The translations under genes and the position numbers were made by a program. Shown here one piece after another: positions 58,783-64,000 of a stretch of DNA of 64,000 nt (its first letter is position 1; each line of letters starts with the position of its first letter). Under the pieces are notes generated by a model. It was not told where the DNA came from. It saw only the letters and a program-made list of their open reading frames with translations, and searched no databases. This DNA is from the human T2T-CHM13v2.0 reference genome, Homo sapiens: the NCBI RefSeq assembly GCF_009914755.1, contig NC_060929.1. One strand, written 5' to 3'.

Positions 58783-60226
58783 AATAATTGCACTTAGAAT
58801 CTTTGTATAAATTTTCTTTTTACCCTTATAAAGCAGGTGTGGGAAATGACCTGCTTAGTTGAAAAAGGGAAATCAGTTATTTAGAGAAAAATGGTTATTA
58901 AAATTATCTTTGGTAGAGAAGATATGCCACAACTTTTTGAATGACTCTTACTAGCACACTGATGATCCTTCCCTTACTTGATAGTGTACAGCTTCTGTCT
59001 GACCTAAGGCTGGAGTTGCAGGCATATTAATGGTAGATAAGGATTTTGCTTTATTTACATTTTTCATGCAACACTGCTTCCTTTGGGACTTTTTAAGAAA
59101 TGTAATTTATATAAATTATTTTACTTTTGATTATGGATATTTTCATTAAATTTAATAGATGTACATTGTTTGAAGCCAAATATATTATAACTTCCATTTC
59201 TAATAAAGATGGCTTTGATACCCAGACTAACATATAAGAGTGCTGCATAAGATGTAACAATCATATTATAGACCTTAAGACAATCAGGAATGGTTTTGAT
59301 TCTAAACATGAAGTAAATGCAGAAAATAAGAGAACTTTGCACAGTCTTGGTACATTAGAGATGCTCAGTAAATTGAGTGTAAATTCCATTTATAAATAAA
59401 ATATTAATTCTGATGTTTGAAGGATAAGGGCAGATAAAACAGGTATAGATGACATCACTCTCTTAAGAAAGTCAATGAAGTTAAGTTTATATACTCTCTC
59501 CTCTTTTCTCTATCTGCCTGATTTTACCCAAACTAAATTTTTATTTTAAAAGTCTTGCATTCTTTCATGTGTACTTTAAGCAAACCTTTTCAGGTAACAT
59601 GTCTGAAAGTGTTTCCCTCTCCCAGAAATAAATGAAATAGAAGATTTCTCCTTGTTATGTAACTCTTACTTGCATATACCATTCAAATATTCATATTCTC
59701 TGTTACATCAACATAAAAGGCAGTCATTTCTTGCTTGTTTCTGTGCTTGCTTGTACATTTATGACATAAATAGCATCTGCAAATCTAAAACCCCTCTCCT
59801 AAGGAAAGCACCACACTTCATAAGAAAAGTGAGTTTCCTTCAATGATAAACAATTGTGTGACTAGCGAAAGAGTCAAGGCATGCGAGGCTGACTGGTAAA
59901 TTCTTATTAGATGCTCTTAAAATTGATCTCATTGTGGAAGATATTAATAGAGATTATACTAGAAACTGTAAACTGGAATATTTGCATCTAGTCATGGCTG
60001 GGTTTCCTTTGCCTGTTTTCTATAAATATCTACTGTTCAGTGAGATCTGTGAGTTAAACGTATATCTTTTCATAAACTGAGGTGTATTTATACTATGCAC
60101 TTTTTAACTGACAGTGACCTATCTGGAAGTCAGAGGTTTGCAGTCCATTTCTGAATTGCTAAAGCTATATTCCCAGAAAGAAGCTAAATATAGCAGTATG
60201 GATGATAACTTATCAGAATGGCTGAA

Positions 60227-60338
60227 CATATATATACATACATAGTACATGTACATATACATATGTAGTATTCCTATAGTACTATATATACATATATAGT
60301 ATTAATATGCATATATAGTACATATACATATATAATAT
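60227..60338. repeat. AT-rich (TA/CATA/TAGTA) low-complexity tract
   Basis: catatatatacatacatagtacatgtacatatacatatgtag... Confidence 0.8.
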
Positions 60339-61369
60339 TCAAATCATTTCTCAATTATATTTAAATGAATCCTGTGTCAACCAAAATGATGACAAATCCA
60401 CTAATTTAGAACCATACATTTAAGCAAATTCATTTACAGTGATGGTTCTACATAACATAATATTCCCCAAAAGGATGATCAGCCAAATAATAATGTGAAT
60501 AGAGGTTACTCCACAGAAGCATTAAGGATTGGTTCATTACTTATAGAAACAGAATTTACAGAGATGGGAAAATGATTACTACTAATAGAATTATTTTATT
60601 TCATAAGTTTGAGGTACTATTCAACATTATGTTATAAGTAGTAATTTGCCTGATGCTTTTATTGGAATAGTTGATTCATTGCTCATTTTGAACACTGATT
60701 CCTATGTCCTTCTAAAGATGAGCACAACTTTTGAAATAGGACATATTGAAGAAATTTTAAAACATGTTTGATAATAACATATTTATTTTTATTAACTAAT
60801 TTTTTCATCGTTTTTGCATATTGAAAATGTTAGGTCACTGCATTGAAATTGCATATGCAAATTGTATTGCATATTGAAAAATGTTAGGTCACTGTAGGGG
60901 TGATGTGTGACTGAAAATGAAACTTAAAAAATTAAGATATAAAGTAAAATTTGTTTATAAATTAGGGTTCTTATACGTTTTCCAATCCAATGTCTTCTTT
61001 CCAAAAAAGCAACATTGTTGTAGAAAATAGTTTTGTCACATTAGATTATTGATACCAGTATTTAAAATTTGAAAAACTCTGCCTTTTTACTAAAATAAAA
61101 GATTTTTATTAATTTGTATAAAAATGCATGATCTCTATTATAGAATAATATTAGATGAATCATCCAACCTTCCATGCAATGAACATGTTTTCCACATTAC
61201 TGCAGTTCACATATAGGTTTTATATACATAATATCTATATTTGATTATGAAAAGAAGAATGTTTAATGTTAATTTTTACCATTAAAAAAGACATAAAGAG
61301 ATGGGAAATTTATAAATACTTTGGTCAATGGTCATTAGAGATTGGTAACTGATTAAAGAAACTGACTTG

Positions 61370-61485
61370 GGCCAGGTATAGTGGCTCGTGCCTGAAATCT
61401 TAACACTTTGGGAGACCAAGGTGGAGGATTGCTTAAGTCCAGGAATTTGAAACCAGCCTGGACAACATAGTGAAATAAAGAACAA
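61370..61485 (+). mobile_element. Free left Alu monomer (FLAM_C-like)
   Basis: ggccaggtatagtggctc...ggattgcttaagtccaggaatttgaaaccagcctggacaacatagtga plus A-rich tail; perfect 13-bp TSD AAAGAAACTGACT at 61355-61367 and 61486-61498. Confidence 0.88.
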
Positions 61486-61875
61486 AAAGAAACTGACTGT
61501 AATTGAGAACTTTGTCTTTTCAACTTTTAGGAGATATAACAGGCACCTAGGGTGCTTGCTACAAATATGGAAATCTGTGTATCTAAGCTTATTTTCCAAA
61601 ATGAAAAGTTCCTAATCAAAGTAGGAGGAACAATCCATGATTAAAGCCAGGGTTGGGATGGAGAGATTGTGAAAAGGTGAACAATCAAAATCTGTGTGTC
61701 GACATGAAGAAGTGAAGGATATTAAATTAGGATGGGGTGGGGCTCTGGAACACAATGCTGGACAGCCTACTTCTTCTCCTGGACTCCATTCAAAGGCAAA
61801 GGGTGATCAGATCCTGGAAATATAATGCATACGATTACTAGGTCCCAGGAAAAAGGGATAAGGTGTGGTGGTTGA

Positions 61876-62769
61876 TGTGTTGGAGATCCCTTAGACCACT
61901 CAGGCTCAATGATTCACCAAAAGGAGGATTCAGAAAAGCTGTTATACTCACAGTTACAGTTTATTGTAGTAAAAAAGATACAAATTAAAACCTGGAAAAG
62001 AAAAAAGATGCCTAGAGTGAAGTCTAGGAGAAACCAAGCACAAGCTGAAGCTCACAAGCTTCCTGTTGTCTTCTCCCAAAGAGTGGCACAGACAGTCTTA
62101 AATTCTCCCAGTAACAATTTGAGACAATACGTACAAAGTGCTGCTACAGGGAAGCTCACCTCTACCTTGGGACCTGAGGCGAAGGGCGGGGGTGGGGGTG
62201 GTTGTGTTTGTTTGTTTGTTTGTTTGTTTGTTTGAGATGGTCTCATTCTGCCGCTCAGGCTGCAGTGCAGTGGCGCTATCTTGGCTCACTGCAACCTCCG
62301 CCTCCCAGATTCAAGCAATTCTCCTGACTCAGCCTCCTGAGTAGCTGGGACTACAGGCACCCACCACCACGCCCGGCTGATTTTTGTGCTTTTAGTAGAG
62401 ACAAGGTTTCACCTCATTAGCCAGGCTGGTCTCAAAATCCTGACTTCAAGTGGTCCGCCCGCCTCATTTTCCCAAAGTGCTGGGATTACAGGCATGAGCC
62501 ACCACACCCGGCCGGAACTGGGGTTTTTAATGGGGTCAGTCATGTAGGCATGCAGCTCCTACTTGACTGACTGTGGCTACTCAGATTCTAGCCCCCAGAG
62601 GTCAAACCGATGTGATACAAAGCCTGCTATATATTAAAACACTCTTGTAAAGCAGTAGATTCCAAGGGCTCAGAGATTATCCCCAAGAGCTGGTCAAGGA
62701 TCAGTCCTTTCTTTGGAAGATCCAGGATTTGAGTAACTAAGGCCCATTGAGTTAATACTTTACGGCACA
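61876..62769 (-). mobile_element. MER77/MER68-group LTR interrupted by Alu
   Basis: aaagctgttatactcacagttacagtttatt...cagggaagctcacc...ggtttttaatggggtcagtcatgtaggcat...ttccaagggctcagagatta; reverse-complement similarity to the LTR at 3955. Confidence 0.7.
62205..62513 (-). mobile_element. Alu SINE, AluS (Sx/Sz-like), (TTTG)n tail
   Basis: Both arms present, ctgcaacctccgcctccc...cctgacttcaagtggtccgcccgcc...ccacacccggcc. Confidence 0.95.
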
Positions 62770-63224
62770 CATGGTAGTGTCCCAAAGAGATGATTATATC
62801 ATAATTGAGCCTTCCAGGGTTTACCAAACATATTGAAGATCCTACAACTATTTTTTATGTGGCAGTGATGGATAGGCCAAAAGCAAGCAAGCAAATATAT
62901 CTATTGCTTCTGAATCACTGGGAAGAAATACTTGAGAATTGAAGTTTCCTAAAGGTCTTTTTATGGTAATTTATTTTTGGAAAAAGGGGAAATACGTGCA
63001 AAGCTCATGACACTAACAACATTATGAAAAATGTTTGGCTTTCTGGATACCTTACACTTCCAGAATGATGAATTCTGACATGTAACAGAGGATGTCTGAG
63101 ACTAGATGAATATTTATCATAGGAGGCCAATGGTCAGATCAAAAGAACTTTAAAATGAGAAAAGGTTTATATGTCATGCACAGAAGGAACCTAAATCATT
63201 TTTCCATCAAATATCTGTCTGGTT

Positions 63225-63650
63225 AGCCCTTATCCCATTCAAGTGTTTGCTCAAAGCTTACCTTCTCAATGATGTCTATCTTGACCACTTATATAGGCTG
63301 AATGCTATGAATTGCCATTTTCATAAGTCAAAAACAATTTCATATGGTTCAACCTAACACATGACTACAATGTGCAACAATTCTTTCCAACCTCTGTTCC
63401 CCAGCATTCTTATTTTCCACTCAGCCTAAAGGATTTTAAATTCTTTTCCCACCGTATTTAACCCCATCTGAAATACCTAAAATTGGAATTTATTGTATTT
63501 ATTATTTGCTGTCTATCTCACCTCTGCTACAAAGATACATGGGCATAGAGATTTTTTTTTTCTTTAATTTATTCATGTATTCTAAACACTTAGAAAAGTG
63601 CCTGGTACATAGTTACAAAATTACTATTTGTTGGAAAGATGAATAAGCAG
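63225..63650 (+). mobile_element. L2 3' fragment
   Basis: ttcaagtgtttgctcaaa...ccttctcaatga...; acacttagaaaagtgcctggtacatag...tatttgttggaaagatgaat. Confidence 0.7.
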
Positions 63651-63784
63651 ATGTTATAATCTAGGAAGTAATAAAGAAGGCATTCAGTCATCTACTTAAT
63701 AGTGGGAAAGTGTTTGGAAACAATTATTTGATACTTTACACCAGAATGACCTAATTGCTCAGAACAAAACTTTATAGTCAAATA

Positions 63785-63930
63785 AAGGGTTTGCATCTCA
63801 TCTCTGCTCTTAACTAACTCCGTAAGAGTTGGGCATGTTTTGTTTGTTTGTTTAATTTCTCTAAACTATAGTTTCCTCATCTTTACAGTAGGAATAATAG
63901 TACTTAACTACAGGGCTGTTGCGTGAAACA
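63785..63930 (+). mobile_element. MIR
   Basis: agtttcctcatctttacagtaggaataatagtactta...cagggctgttgcgtga. Confidence 0.75.
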
Positions 63931-64000
63931 CAATACTTTCCTTTCTAGTTTACAGATTGCATAAGAAATAATTCTTTTATAAAAAAAGAAGTTTTGTAGT

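Overview
AT-rich, CpG-depleted primate nuclear DNA. AluY, L1PA7-type and THE1 elements indicate an ape or Old World monkey genome, most plausibly human. It looks intergenic or deep intronic. I find no credible protein-coding gene, structural RNA gene, CpG island or prokaryote-type system. The listed ORFs are short translations of Alu, L1 or MaLR remnants, microsatellites or random sequence. A large share of the window is recognisable transposon: 11 Alu/FLAM copies, two L1PA7-like insertions (one a twin-primed 5' inversion), older L1M, L2 and MIR relics, three complete two-LTR MaLR elements (THE1D/MSTA-like, THE1A, MSTA), solo LTRs (THE1D, MER77, MER21, MER61, MLT1) and DNA-transposon fossils (MER5A, MER81, MER58A, Tigger3/MER8). 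The most notable observations are four. (1) A perfect zero-spacer p53 response element inside a MER61 LTR (45211-45230). (2) A ~250-bp fold-back palindrome made by inverted duplication of an Alu tail plus unique flank (55678-55925). (3) Several other template-switch or duplication scars (53205-53240, 40387-40603, 60814-60894). (4) Two repeat-free motif clusters that could be enhancers. I do not see evidence for a wholly new biological system. Subfamily names come from remembered consensus sequences and need RepeatMasker/Dfam confirmation. Boundaries of old repeats are approximate.
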